This document shows, one piece after another, positions 1 through 13,934 of a stretch of 64,000 nt of DNA. The translations under genes and the position numbers were made by a program. This stretch comes from Octopus vulgaris (Eukaryota). The notes beneath the pieces were generated by a model. That model worked only from the letters and a program-made list of their open reading frames with translations, was not told the DNA's origin and did no database searches. The stretch lies in contig OX597818.1 of the NCBI GenBank assembly GCA_951406725.2, positions 80,724,001-80,788,000 of the forward strand, given 5' to 3'. How positions within the stretch are numbered: the stretch's first letter is position 1; each line of letters begins with the position of its first letter.

Positions 1-603
1 CTAAATCACATGCCATAAATCAGGCAGGGGCATCCTTTTTCAAGAACTGGGCCCCATGAGACATGGCTCACTATCAGATGGGATGCACTGCTACAAAAAA
101 ATTCATGTTAATTTTTCATTAGGTGTGCCATTCAGAAAGTCCTACAGGTTATACTTTGTCTATGACTGTTTTTAATCTTGGCTTTTTATTTCTACAACAT
201 CTGCATGTTTATTTTTTTTTATTTGGGTGGTGGTGGTGATGGTGGGGCTACATTTCTTTTTTTTTTATGTTTTCATGTTTTCCCTCCTTACCTTCTGTTT
301 TGTTTACTTGGTTGTCCAGTCTTATAGGGTTCTGTCCAAAGTTCATTGATTCTGCTGTAGCAACTTCACTGGAATATAATTGCAGCCTAAACAAACATTC
401 CGTTTGTTGATATGCTGACAATTTCAAAGCTAACAAAACTGAACTCAAGAAATCATATTGAAGTAAGAATAGTAAATAAAGCTAATCTTTTGTGTAAATA
501 TAAAAAACAAAATCCATACAACAAATATAATTTTGTCAAGGTATATAATAGGTTTGGGGAAATGGAAAGAATTCCTTAATGATGCAAATAATATTGGTTC
601 AAG

Positions 604-825
604 GAAAGTTGGCAAGCTGGAAGAAACGTTAGCACGCCGGGCAAAATGCTTAGCAGTATTTCATCTGTCTTATGTTCCGAGTTCAAATTCCACCGAGGTC
701 AACTTTGCCTTTCATCCTTTCGGGATCGATAAATACCAGTTGCGTATTGGGGGCGATCTAATCGACTGCCCCCCCCCCACCTCCCCCAAAATTTCGGGCA
801 TTGTGCCTAGAGTAGAAAAGAATAT
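604..825 (+). mobile_element. tRNA-derived SINE, family A (Meta-domain-like core)
   Basis: A-box-like AGCTGG, B box GAGTTCAAATTCC, and core gaggtcaactttgcctttcatcctttcgggatcgataaa..accag, repeated dozens of times in the window. Confidence 0.8.
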
Positions 826-1122
826 TGGTTTATGGAAATTTTGGCACAAAGCCGGCAATTTCAAAGGAGAGTGTAAGTCGATTACATCGACCCCCCAGTT
901 CTCAACTGGTACTTATTTTCTCAACCCTGAAAGGATGAAAGGCAAAGTCAGCCTCGGTTGAATTTAAATTCGAATGATACAAATACTATTAGTAAGAGAG
1001 AGGAGTTTTAAGAGCATCTTCGGTCATTACATCTGTACTTTGGGAAGTTCTGGTGTGGAAAGTTATATTATTATGAATGTGTTTGTGTGTATGAATGTCT
1101 TCATCATATATATATGTGTGTG

Positions 1123-1163
<41 letters not shown>

Positions 1164-1460
1164 TGACATAATATAATGTCTCAAAGTTGATGAACCACCT
1201 ATTGATTCTCTCCATTTTCTTATTGCTCTATAAATTAATGGTAAAATAACTCTTTACTGTCACCCATTTAGTACACTTGGTAATGTAATTGCAATGCAGT
1301 AAAAAGCACTTGTGTATTAATAATTGAGTATTCTACCAGCAGTATATTGGATAGATATTATCCCATAATTGGTTGAATTCGCAACCACTAACTTTCTTGG
1401 AATATATATAGATCGTTAGCTACTACACACATTTTTTCTCTCCTTGTTTTTTCTGTGTAC

Positions 1461-1496
1461 CTTTCTGTAGAAGAGCGTAGGCTCGAAATGTAAAAG
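1461..1496 (+). ncRNA. Degenerate minimal type I hammerhead motif in a ~180 bp repeat (about 1415-1590)
   Basis: CTTT-CTGTAGA-A-GAGC(GTAG)GCTC-GAAAT-GTA-AAAG; two core or stem III substitutions relative to consensus. Confidence 0.55.
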
Positions 1497-1784
1497 ACTT
1501 TTTCTATTCCTGAGTGCTATACTAATACATCTGTTTGTTTGTACACCACCTGTTTTCGTCTTTTGTTTATTTTCGTAAACTTTCCCTTTATATATATATA
1601 TATTTGAGCACATGAGTGAGGGAACAAACAGAAGAAAATGGCTCTCAACACATTTGATAGGAGCTACATATATTTTCAATAAGTGTGACTCAGCTCCATA
1701 TAACTTAGTTTTATGAGTGAAATAAGACACACCCACCCATCTATCCATTTATCAATCAGTCTACCTGTCTATCTATCTATCTAC

Positions 1785-1828
<44 letters not shown>

Positions 1829-2745
1829 ATCTATCTATCTATTTATCCTGTCATACATACACCCCTATACATGTACACACATGCACCTCAAAGATTTGGT
1901 CATTCATTGAGTTTCATGATCTGGGGTCATTCAGGTGATTCAAGTCAAATATTTTAAATGGTTACATTCCATTGCCTGAGTATTATTCTCATTGTTTAAT
2001 CTTTTGTTCTGTTTGTCTCCACTATTCAACCAGTTTTGGTAGTTGGCTATGATCTTCAGTGTAGTTGGTTGTTATTTACTTACTGCTGTCCACTCTTGTC
2101 TTAAAATTTTATTCCTGTCAGTAACTCTGACCAATTTTTCATCATGAATTGATTTTGATGCCTGCCTTAGGATAATACCACTTCTTGTACTGAATAAGCA
2201 TTTTTTTTTGCATGATACTGTAGTTCCCTGCAATGCATAGGTGTGCACTTACTGAATCCATTTGTACAGGATTCACCATTATCACTTACTGCCCTACATA
2301 TATTTGTATTTCCTCCTTTAGATTCTGAACCATTATATTCCTTGAACATTGATCCATTAATTTATTGAATGTGTCTTTGTAAATATAACGATTCAGGTTT
2401 ATAAAATACTTGGAAACACGAACTTGAGCATGGTCACTACAACCTTCCTAACTGGTGAACAGCCAAAGAATATATGACAAATCACCACACTAAAACTCAA
2501 ATATGCAGACCCTTATAGCTAAGTAAGGAGTCTTTCTAAGCATAATAATTGCAAGTAGTTTAATGATATTGTGAGTAAAACTAAAGTTCAAATTAATAAA
2601 ATGGGGAGGGGGAGGAGATTGAGGGATAAGAGATTAGTTTAAGATTTAATTACAGAAATTAGGGAGACAGCCAAGAAAAACAAAGAGCTTCCAGTTAGAG
2701 CAAGACACAGGAACCTGTTGAGTAACACTGAAGTAATAATTAAGA

Positions 2746-3572
2746 GGCATGACTGTGTGGTTTAGAAGGTCTCTTTGCAACCACATGATTTCAAGTTGAG
2801 TTCCACTGCATGACATCTTGGGAAAGAGTCTTCTATATAGCCTTGGACCAAATAATTCCTGGTGAGTGAATTTGGTTGACAGAAATTGTGTGGAAGCCAA
2901 AAAAGTGGCGAGCTGGCAGAATTGTTAGCATGGCCGACGAAATGCTTAGCAGTATTTCATCAACCGCTACGTTCTGAGTTCAAATTCCGCCGAGGTCGAC
3001 TCTGCCTTTCATCCTTTCGGAGTCGATTAAATAAGTACCAGTTACGCACTGAGGTCGATATAATTGACTTAATCCGTTTGTCTATCCTTGTTTGTCCCCT
3101 CTGTGTTTAGCCCCTTGTGGGTAGTAAAGAAATAGGTATTTTGTCTGCCGCTATATTCTGAGTTCAAATTCTGCCGAGGTCGACTTTGCCTTTCATCCTT
3201 TCAGGGTCAATTAAGTAAGCACCAGTTACACACTGGGGTTGATATAATCAACTTAATCCGTTTGTCTGTCCTTGTTTGTCCCCTCTGTGTGTAGCCCCTT
3301 GTGGGCAGTAAAGAAATAAGAAATTTTGTGGAAACCTATCAGCTGTGCATGTGTTGGTGTATATTCCACCACTGCTTGACAATTGGTGTTGGTTTGTTTA
3401 CATCCCCCATAACTTAGCACTTCAGCAAAAGAGAGCAATAGAATAAGTACCAGACCTAAAAAAAAAAAAACTAAGTATCAGTATCACTTTGTTTGACTAA
3501 GCCCTTCAAGGTAGACTAAATCCTTAAGGGTGATGTCCCAACTTGGCTGCTGCCCAGTGACTGAAACAAGTA
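2746..3572 (+). mobile_element. SINE family B interrupted by a dimeric family A SINE (about 2906-3320)
   Basis: Family B head at 2746-2897 and tail at 3325-3572 flank two tandem family A cores; tgtggaa occurs at both junctions. Confidence 0.7.
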
Positions 3573-3937
3573 AGAGATAACAGATAAGTTAGCTATTTCA
3601 GTCAATATCTTAGTTTCTGCATAGAGAGAAGGAGAGACAGTGAGAGGGGAGAGAGAGAGAGAGAGAGAGTGTGTGTGTGTGTACATGCATGAATGTAACA
3701 AAAGTTCTTTCTTGTGGTGGTTAATGTAGCCAGTCTCTCTCTCTCTCTCTGTCACGAAGTAAAACTAGAACCTGCAATGTGGTTTCAATCCCAGTTTATA
3801 GCCTGCTATTTCACTAACGTCACAGCTAACCTTGTGGATGATGTGAACGACACAACAGCAATATTCCACCTTCCCATCTTGAATGAGGTCATTGTTTACG
3901 ACATTGTCAAGCAAAAAAAAAAATACGTTTGATGCTT

Positions 3938-3981
<44 letters not shown>

Positions 3982-4899
3982 ATCTGCTTGTGAAATGAGC
4001 GTATGTTTGTTGTGTGAGGGTGGTGAAATAAATACATAAAAATACATAAAAATAGATTTATCTTGATGTATGTGATATTACCACTTGCCTGTTTGTGTGT
4101 GTATGCATACATGTGTGTGTATATGTATGTGTAATGATATACTGATGTTCTTCCTTTCTTGCTCTTTGTCTCTTTCTATCATCTATATACATAAAAAATA
4201 TCACACACACACACACATGCATGCACATATAGAGAGAGCTGTGGACAGAAAGACACTGTTATAAGTGTGTGCGCGTGTGTGTGTGTGGAGAGAGGAAGAG
4301 AGAAACATTACTATACATACACATGTTTGTATTAATACCCCTATTTTTCTGACACATGGCAAAGATGTGAATGTGTGTGTGTGTATGGTGAGAGTGGAAC
4401 ATACATAAACAAACACATTTTCCATGTTGTCTTTGTGACACTTTGGGTAGATGTGTGTTTGTGAATGAATGTCAGTGTTTCTGTACGCATATGTGTGCAC
4501 GTGTGTGTGCGCATTTAGGGGTTAAATGAAGAATAATGGAAGCTATCTGAAGCTCAAGATTATGGGTGGATGGGTGAATAAATCGAAAAAATACAAATAA
4601 TCAAATAAGAACAACGTCTTTAAAGCTTATTCCCCTGAGTCAAAATATGATATTCTGGAACCAAATCGCAACATTACAGAATTAATATAACATTGCATCA
4701 CAGAATTACATAGCGTGCAAAAGAACTACAAAGCATCTAGAACCAAATCACAGAATTAGAGAATTAATATAGCAATCACATCACAGAATGACTGAGAACA
4801 GAATAATTGTGTTGTCATTAATAGCAAACGTTGCCCAGGTGGAAAAGTATCAAATTATCATAGAAGACATTTAAAGGTGTTTGTTTATTAGAACTGTTT

Positions 4900-5090
4900 G
4901 CACATCTGACAAAATGCTTTGTAGTTTTTCTTCGAATTCTTTGCATTCTGAGTTCAAATCCTGCTGAAGTCAATTTTGTCTTTCATCTTTTTAGGGGTAG
5001 ATAAAATAACTCCCAGTTGAGCACTGTAGTTGATGTAATTGACTTACCCTGTCCCTCCGAAATTGTTGGCCTTGTGCCAAAATTTGAAAC

Positions 5091-5124
<34 letters not shown>

Positions 5125-5730
5125 AAAGTGTCAAGCTGGTACAATGGTTGGAACATCAGGAGCAAATGCTTGGTGGCATATCTGCTGTCATTTTTTTACA
5201 TTTTGACTTCAAATTCCACCATGGTCAACTTTGCTTTTCATTCAGTTGGTGGATAGGGGTTGATGAGAATAAGTACCAGTTTAGCATTGGGGTTGATACA
5301 ATTGATGATCGTCCTCCCGCAAATTAGAAACAATTATTATTATAAAGGTGATGCACTTGCAAAATCGTTACCATTCCTGATAAAACTGTTAGCAGCATTT
5401 CTTCTGGGTTCAAATTTCACTATGTTCAACTTTGACTTGCATCATTTCAGGGTTGATAAAAATAAGGACCAGTTTAGCACTGGGGTTGATGCAATTGCCT
5501 ACCCCCATTTCCAAGCTAGCTCAATTGTTAGTGTGCTAGGCTAAATGCTTAGTGGTATTCCTTCTGGCTTCAAATTCAGGAAGATCAACTTTATTTTGCA
5601 TCATTTCAGAGGTGATAAAAAAATAAGTACCAATTGAATACTGGTGAAAGTAATGGGGGTGGTTGTGTAATTCACTTCCTCCTCCTGCTAGATTTGCTGG
5701 CCTTGTGCCAAAATTTGAAACCATTATTTT
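4900..5730 (+). mobile_element. Cluster of family A SINEs separated by (ATT)n
   Basis: Four degenerate cores. Confidence 0.7.
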
Positions 5731-6200
5731 CATCATCACCTGGTAGAATTGCAAGTAACAGGTGTAAGCAGATTCATACACCAGCAAACAGAATGACGAC
5801 ACTTGAACTGTTTTGTACTGACACTTTATATATTTATATATTTTCTTTATTTACCTTCTTTCCCCGCTTCCTTCCCTCCCTCCTTCCTTCCTAGTTTTCT
5901 TTTTTGTTTGTTTGTTTTCCTTTGATGTAAACTTTCCTAGTCGTTTCATTACATTTGCACATCTTACAGAGTGAAGTGGATCACCGTTGCCAAAGCTAGT
6001 GTTGCACTGTGAGAATGGAGTTTAATGGTTGGGATTGATTTACGGTTATTTCAGGGCTTACGTCATGGGATTTTGTTGTTCATTAGTCAGTAGTCAGTTA
6101 ACTTTTTTTTCCCCACCATATATTTGTTGAAATACAATGCCAATGCAATTTTAGCATGTGATCTACCTGGCTATTTACACTTTGGCATGCAGTATAACAC

Positions 6201-6282
6201 TAACCCTTAACCTCTAATCCTAACCTTTAACCTCTAACCCTAACTCAGATCCTTAACTTAAACACTAACCCTAAACCTAACC
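6201..6282. repeat. Degenerate interstitial (CCCTAA)n telomere-like tract
   Basis: taaccc/ctaacc variants over ~80 bp. Confidence 0.6.
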
Positions 6283-6737
6283 CAGAATAAGTCATCTTAG
6301 AGTGTAGACCGCACACTAAAGTAACACCACACCACCTTAATTTCAGTTAATTTTGATGGAAGGTTTTAATGTAAATCATTTCATCTGTTTTGCTACCATT
6401 CCACTATAGCCCCGAACCGACCTGAGCTTTGTGATTGAATTCGGTAGGTGGAAGTTACTGCCGTGTGTGTATGTGTGCGTATAGCTGCTCAGTGCCTCTC
6501 CGAAAGAGAGAGAGGGAATTCTGTTTGAAATACACTGCCTTTTATTTTTTATTTATTTTATTTTATCTAGTTTCAGCTCACGAGCTCTGGCCATGCTGGG
6601 GCCAATTAATTTTGAAATTAACGAAGAATTTGGTAAACTAACTTTGTCATTATGAAGCTAATATTTGGAACATTAATTAACGTGAGATTTTGATAACTTT
6701 AATTAATGGTGGAAGGTTTTGCTTTAGATAACTTTAA

Positions 6738-6908
6738 CCCTTTTGTTACAATATTTCTTTGTTTCAATTAATTTTGAAATTAATGAATAATTTGGCAAAT
6801 TAACAGGAAATGTTGATGGGGAGAAAAGTTTTAATTTAAATCATTTTAATACAAGAGGTCTCTATCGTGGGCCTGAGGTTGGTCTCAGACAAGTTGGTAT
6901 TAGAAGGG
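6738..6908. mobile_element. piggyBac-like MITE
   Basis: TTAA-CCCTT...AAGGG-TTAA ends. Confidence 0.55.
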
Positions 6909-7317
6909 TTAATGAGGGACAATGTTTATTGTGTTTAGTGGCATTAATACTTTTGATATTGGTGTAGTTGATGATCACCAACTTTGTCATTAATTATTAG
7001 TTAATTGGAAATCCATCCCTGTTTATTTTGAACACATGAAATTTCAGAAAAGAGAAGTTACAGTGTTGAGAGGAATAACTGAATAAAGTGTTTAGTGAGA
7101 GTCTGGAGATGAGATTTAGTTAGGAGGGTGAGATGGGTAGTGGTACACAGCTTACTAGTGTATATCACTTCTTGGGTTGATGTGGTGCAAAGCTTACTAC
7201 TAGTTCAGAAGAAATTTATAGCGACAGAAAAGTCAGAGAGAAGAAACAACTCTCTGTGGTCCAATGGTTTGTTGGTGTGTGAGATTTTACCAGTCTAGAG
7301 CCAGGGTAACCAACCAC

Positions 7318-7470
7318 TGGGCTGCAGATCAGTATTGAACCATAGAACAGTATCGGGCTGAAAACTAGTATTGAACCACATACCAGTGTCAGGCCACAGA
7401 CCAATGTTGGGCCTTAGACCAGTATCAGGCCACAGACTAGTACTGCACCATTTGCTACCAGGCCACATAC
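7318..7470. repeat. Degenerate 18-bp minisatellite
   Basis: Units like accagtatcaggccacag; 6-aa periodicity in ORF 7295..7513. Confidence 0.7.
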
Positions 7471-8926
7471 AAAGAATACATTTTTGAATTTTATTGGCTA
7501 ACACAATCTGCACTGTTTTAAACCCATGCTAGCATGGAGAACGGACGTTAAACGATGATGATGATGAACTGCCACTTCTGTTGGTGCATTTTTCCTGCAC
7601 TTGTCCAAGTCACAGTTTTCTGAAGGCACCTCAAGCTAACTGCAACAAAAGTGTTAAATTCTGTTTTTTATTTACATCTTTTCTAGTGTTTATTAATGAT
7701 TATTTTGTAGAAAATTGGTTTATTTAAGTATGATACAATTTTCTTAGGATGAGAACTTAGTTACAGTACCCTAATTCTAGCAAAAATAAGTAAAAACACA
7801 AAAATTGCTGGGAATCTTCTTTGGAAGAAAGGGAAACCAGTTTAGGGCTCTCATTGATTCTGCATTATGGTAAGTTGTATTACATCTATTAGTAGGTGAC
7901 AAAAAGAGAAATAAAGTGCGTAATACATAATACAATAATTAAATTATTGTACTTTTTTGAATATAAGGCACACTTTTCTTTCCCAAGAATTCCTCCTAAA
8001 AATACCTCTGCAACTTATATGCTTGGGGCTGCAGTAGAACACAATTGTGCAAGGTGCCACACAGTGGGACTGAACTTGGAAGCATGTGGCAGGGAAGAAA
8101 ACTCCTTACCATACAGCCATGCCTGCACCTATATCATCATTATCATCATCATTCTTTTTCCATGCTGGCATAAGTTAGACAGTTTGACAACAGCTAGCAA
8201 GCTTGGAAGCTACTCCAGGTTCCAGTCTGATTTGGCTTGGTTTCTGCAGCTGGATGCCCTTCCTAATGCCAACCATTTTACAGTGTGTGCTTGGTGCTTT
8301 TAACGCCCTACTGGCATGAGCGCTCCTATGTGGCACTGGCACAAGTGCATACTACATGGCACGGATGTGAGTGGTTTTTACATGGCAACAGTACAAGACT
8401 CTTACTGGCCGATCCTCTTCACCAGGGGATGCAACCTTAGCACTTGCACTATGGAGGATGGGTCCTCTTGAGTACATCTAGGTGCCAGGTATTTCGGTCT
8501 TTTTCCCTCAACAGTAAATAATTTCAATCATAATATTCTTCTACAAAAGATAGATTGGTAGTGAAATATTTGGTAGATATCTGATTTCAGCACTGAAAGT
8601 GTTACAATGCATTTTTACTGTTTTAAAGCAGTAGAATGTGCTTCGAGGTTGATTTGGTTGCTACTTCAAGCAGACTGAACAACCACATAGAGGCTATCAC
8701 AGCTTGTAGAAAATATATGAGCAAGTTATATTAATTTCTTCTAACCTTGTAACCTTGTTCTGTGAGTGGCTATTAACAGAACAGTTTCCTTCTCACAACT
8801 TCCTGGTCGGTCTTAAATTCGTCACTGAAAACGATCTGCTGGTGAGTCAATCATACATCTCTCTCTCTCTCTTGTAATTTCAGCTCAGACATGTATGTAT
8901 TATGTATGTGTATATATATATATATA

Positions 8927-9132
8927 CTCTTTTACTTGTTTCAGTCATGTGACTGTGGCCATGCTGGAGCACCGCCTTTAGTCGAGCAAATCGACCCCAG
9001 GACTTATTCTTTGTAAGCCTAGTACTTATTCTATCGGTCTCTTTTGTCGAACCACTAAGTTACAGGGCCGTAAACACACATCGGTTGTCAAGTGATGTTG
9101 GGGGGGCGGGACAAACACAGACACACAAGCAT

Positions 9133-9167
<35 letters not shown>

Positions 9168-9340
9168 CACATATATACGATGGGCTTCTTTCAGTTTCCA
9201 TCCACCAAATCCACCCACAAGGCTTTGGTCAGCCCGAGGCTATAGTAGAAGACACTTTGCCCAAGGTACCATGCAGTGGGACTGAACCTGGAACCATGTG
9301 GTTCATAAGCAAGCTGCTTATCACACAGCCACTCCTACGC
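8927..9340 (-). mobile_element. tRNA-derived SINE, family B (CORE-like accttgggcaagtgtcttct), full length
   Basis: Same sequence at 20295-20662(-), 23945-24342(+), 31742-32170(-), 54398-54812(+) and in partial copies; internal (TA/TG)n tract. Confidence 0.8.
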
Positions 9341-9770
9341 ATATATATATATATATATATATGTGTGTGTATGCCTGCATACATTGATAATTAATGAAGA
9401 ATTTGGTCATTATTAAGCTGGTGGTTGAAACATAAATTGATTTCAAATTTGGGTTCAAGGCCAGCAATTTTAGGGAGTGGGATCAGTGAATTACATCGAC
9501 CCCTGTGTTCAACTAGTACATATTTTATCCACCCCATGCATGCATGCATAAGTTTCTCTGTCTGTCTCTTTCTCTCTGCTCTGACATGTATGTATTATGT
9601 ATATATGTATCCATGCATACCTGCATAGTTCTTCTCTCATTCATTTAAGCACACCTGCATGAATGAATGAATGATTAGGTGAGTGAGGGAGAAAAATTTT
9701 TTTGCAGAAAGCTGGTCACTAACAGAGTGACAAGTCTTCTTTTGTTTGAGTTCCGTGCGTGTGCGCGCGC

Positions 9771-9805
<35 letters not shown>

Positions 9806-10764
9806 TGAGTAGGTGTATATTTATCTTAGAGCCATATTTAGGTATACATACACTCTTGTAATGGTTGTGTTTGTCTGTACATGACTGCTTATATTTGATT
9901 ACTCATTATGTGTTTATGTGCATAGGCCTATGTGTCCTTGTGTATTGCATGTGTGTATGTGTGTACAGCTTGCATGTATGGCTTGCCTGTATTGCCTCTG
10001 TTATATTTAGTCCAAGTATTAGACAGTATTTGGTGCCAATCCCTTCTCTTAACATGGCAGCAATATATAATGTGTTACAGGACAGTAAAATTAAACCAAT
10101 GAAATTTCCCAATCACAATTAGATATCCGTTTCTTTTGTACGTTCAAGCAAACATAAACTTAACTTCCTATGAGTTTAGCTAATTGCTTGCATGCCTTCT
10201 TCATTCATCTCTCACCTTTCAGATACCCCCACCAAGCATCATCATCATCATCACCATCGTTTTAATCTTCACTTTTAATGTCCTGGGTATGACTTCGAAC
10301 TTCTTCTGGTGATGAGGCCCTGGTTCAGGACTTCCAGTGTTTGGAGAAGTGTGGAGTCACTTCTTAACCATTTGTGTTCCGAGATCTAATCTGATGTGGA
10401 GTAGTAGCTAGCATTTGTCAGAGTCCTAGCTATGGGTTTAAGTAGCATGTAACCATATGAACCAGGGTACATTGAAATTATGGGACACAACATGAATCAG
10501 CAGATGAATCTGTTGAGTCTGTACCTGAGCTGATGAACATACAACAAAGTGTTAATAACCATGATCAACCAGTTCTAACTTGGCTCCACCTGTAAGATCA
10601 TGCACTGTTTATCTTGATATGAGATCACCATGTCACGCACTTATGGTTGTGATGCATGTGCCTTATCAGACGGGTAGTCATGATGGGTATACTGGGCTTC
10701 TTATATTTTACCCCATTGCCACTTTGACGGCATGCACTGCTCTCTCACTCAATAGTAATAGTAA

Positions 10765-11780
10765 TAATAATCCTTTTTACTATAGGCACAAGGCCTAAAA
10801 TTTTGAGGAGGGAGCTCATCAATTACATTGACCTCAGTTCTCAACTGGTACTTGATTTATCCATCCTGAAAGAATAAAGGGCAAAGTCAACCTTGGTAGA
10901 ATTTGAACTTAGAACATAAAGACAGATGAAATACTGCTAAGCATTTTCCTGGAGTGCTAACGATTCTTCTAGTTATCTGCCTTAATAATAATAGTAATAA
11001 TGGTTTCAATTTTGGGGACAAGGTCTGCAATTTTAGTGGGAGTGGATTAGTCAATTACATTGACTAATCCAATGCTCAACTGGTACTAATTTTATCCACC
11101 CTGAAACATTGAAAGGCAAAGTTGACCTTGGTGGTCTTTGCACTCAGAACATAGAGCTGTTAGAAATGCCACTAAGCATTTTGTCCAAACTCCCTAACAA
11201 TTTTTCCTGTTCACTGCCTTAATAATAATAATAATAATAATGATAATAATAATAATAATAATCATTTAACATCTGTTGTCCATGCTGGCTTGGGTTGGAT
11301 GGTTTGACCAGTGCTGATAAGCTGAGGTGCTGCACCATTTTTCCAGTCTGATTTGACATGGTTTCTATGGCTGGATCATCATCATCATCATCATTGTTTA
11401 ACGTCTGCTTTCCATGCTAGCATTTCTGGGTGCTTTTTACATGACAATGGCACAGGTGTCAGTTACATGTCACCAGCATTGGTTGCATTGCCTCTGTGAG
11501 GCCCAGTGCTTGAATAGTGCTTTTTACATGACAGGTATCGGCCACATTGCCTCCGTGAGGCTCAAATAATAATAATAATAATAATGATATGCCTTAATAA
11601 TTCTTCCTACTAGAAGCCCAAGACCTCAAATTTGGGGAAAGAGGTTAAGTCGATTACATTGACCTGAAAGGATGAAAGGCAAAGTCGACCTCGGTAGAAT
11701 TTGAACTGAGAATGTAGCAACAGGTAAAACGCTGCTCAGTATTTTGCCCGGTGTGCTAACAATTCTGCCAGCTTGCCAAC

Positions 11781-11816
<36 letters not shown>

Positions 11817-12050
11817 TTCAAATTTTCTCACAAGGGCAGCAGTTTTGGGGGTGGGGGTAAGTCGATTACATTAACCCCTGTATTCAGCTGGTTCTTATTT
11901 TATCAACCCCAAAAGGCTGATAGGCAAAGTCGACCTGGTGGAATTCAGAACATAGTGACAGGCGAAATACTGCTAAACATTTCGTCCAGCACGCTAACAG
12001 TTCAGCCAACTCACCACCTTAATAATAATAATAATAATAATAATAATATA
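10765..12050 (-). mobile_element. Cluster of family A SINEs and an RTE-tail repeat in (TAA)n tracts
   Basis: Four cores (aaaggcaaagtcgacc...aatttgaactcagaac) alternating with (TAA)n. Confidence 0.75.
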
Positions 12051-12328
12051 AATGCTATCATAATAATGAATTGATTCTATTTTGGTACTGTATATCTGGT
12101 TAGTTATTTTGGTTTTCTTTGTTTCTCCGTTGATCAAACCATTACAATGTGTTTCCATTCTGATCTTTGGACAAATTCTCGTCAGACCAGTGAAGACTTG
12201 TTAAAGTTGCCATTAAAATTTACATCTTTGTTAATGTTGATGCATTCTAAATACATAATGAAAAAAATCTGTTTTGAGTGAGTTGCATTATGAATACACA
12301 TATGCATATGAGTGTATGAGAGTATGCA

Positions 12329-12365
<37 letters not shown>

Positions 12366-13027
12366 ATATATATATATATATACACACATATATATATATG
12401 TATTTATGTGTGTGCATGGGTGTGTGTGTGTGTTTATATGTATACATGCACACACACATATTTATATATATCATATACATATGCACTGGCAACCACTTAT
12501 AACCACAGCTAATGTTATTGACCAATTATTAGAAATGAAAAGACTTCATTTCAAAATGATGACAATAAACGGCTTTCACTGTGTGTGTGTGTAGTTATGT
12601 ATGCAATGTATATATGTATGTATTGCTGGCCAAGAAACAGGCTCTCTCACTCGCGCGCGTGTGTGTTTGTATACAATGTATATAGACTCATATACATACA
12701 TATATATAATCTTGAAGCTGTAAAAATGGCTCAATAATTTACTTGTGGAACTAGATCTTCATGTGGAAGCATTTAAAGAGAGGAGGAGATGCAGGTACAC
12801 ATGGTAGAGGAGGACATATGTGTAGGTGATGATGGCATCAGAATAAATTTCTGTGGTTAGTATAAATAATATTTCAAAGTATGAACATGTCTTCAGATAA
12901 TTACTGCATTTCTTAATTTGCATTTCTCTCTCTCTCCCTCTCTCTCTCTTTCTTTCTTTCTCTCTCTCTCTCTCTCTCACACACACACTTTATCTGCTGC
13001 ACCTTGAGCAATGTATATATGTATAGG

Positions 13028-13060
<33 letters not shown>

Positions 13061-13934
13061 GTATGTATATATATGTGTATGTATATATGTCTATATATAT
13101 ATATATGTGTGTGTGTATGTATGTATGTATATATATATATGTGTGTGTATATATGTAGTATATAGGTATGTATATATATTTATGTATGTATATTTTTGCA
13201 AATTTGGGATTTTACCAATAGAACCACAACTCTTAATGCAGGATAACCTTATTGTATGAAATATACATAAAAATTTTTATTCAATAAAATAATGCAAGCA
13301 TGTAAAATACCTACTATAAAATACAATAAAATTATTTTTAAAAATATAACTTACCTGTTGAGAGTTTTCTTAGGTTTAGCATTTTCTGTATATATCAGTA
13401 TTGTAATTTTAGGTGTTTAATTTTTTTAAATTTAAAAAAACTTTTAAAAATATATTTGTAATTTATATATTTTTATTACATTTTTATTCATATTTGAATA
13501 AAATTTGATGTTTAAAAACTAGTTTCATAGACACTTCTTTCAACGTTCCTATTTTGTTTTTCACACATTAACTCATGTAGGTTGAACCATGTAAAATGTT
13601 AGAGAAAGAAACCTAGATGTTTCTTGCACTACATACCAATACATACATCTAAAGCAAAATATTTTCAGGGGTCCTTAAAATATTATTGTGAATCCCCAAT
13701 TTACTATTTTTTTTGCATTGACTCCCAAAAATTTTATATGGACCCTGATTGAGAACCACTGGTCAAAGAGAAGGAAATTCCCAAAATAACACCCACCTCA
13801 TTGCAAAGCCAAGATCTTGCTCTCATTTGTTTCTTTGGCTTTGAAAGTGAGAGTTGTATAAGCTGTTATTGATTTTAAATTTCAGCATAGGTGTAGCTGA
13901 AAGCCATTGTCTTTATATATGTATAGTATATATA

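Noticed and set aside
533-961. 142-aa ORF
   Set aside because: Runs through two family A SINE copies.
2167-2349. 60-aa ORF in non-repetitive sequence
   Set aside because: No recognisable motif or clear splice boundaries.
9620-9684. Candidate 5'UTR exon donor AG|GTGAGT for the CUB-LDLa gene (similar donors at about 8842 and 24710)
   Set aside because: Non-coding exons cannot be supported without transcript data.
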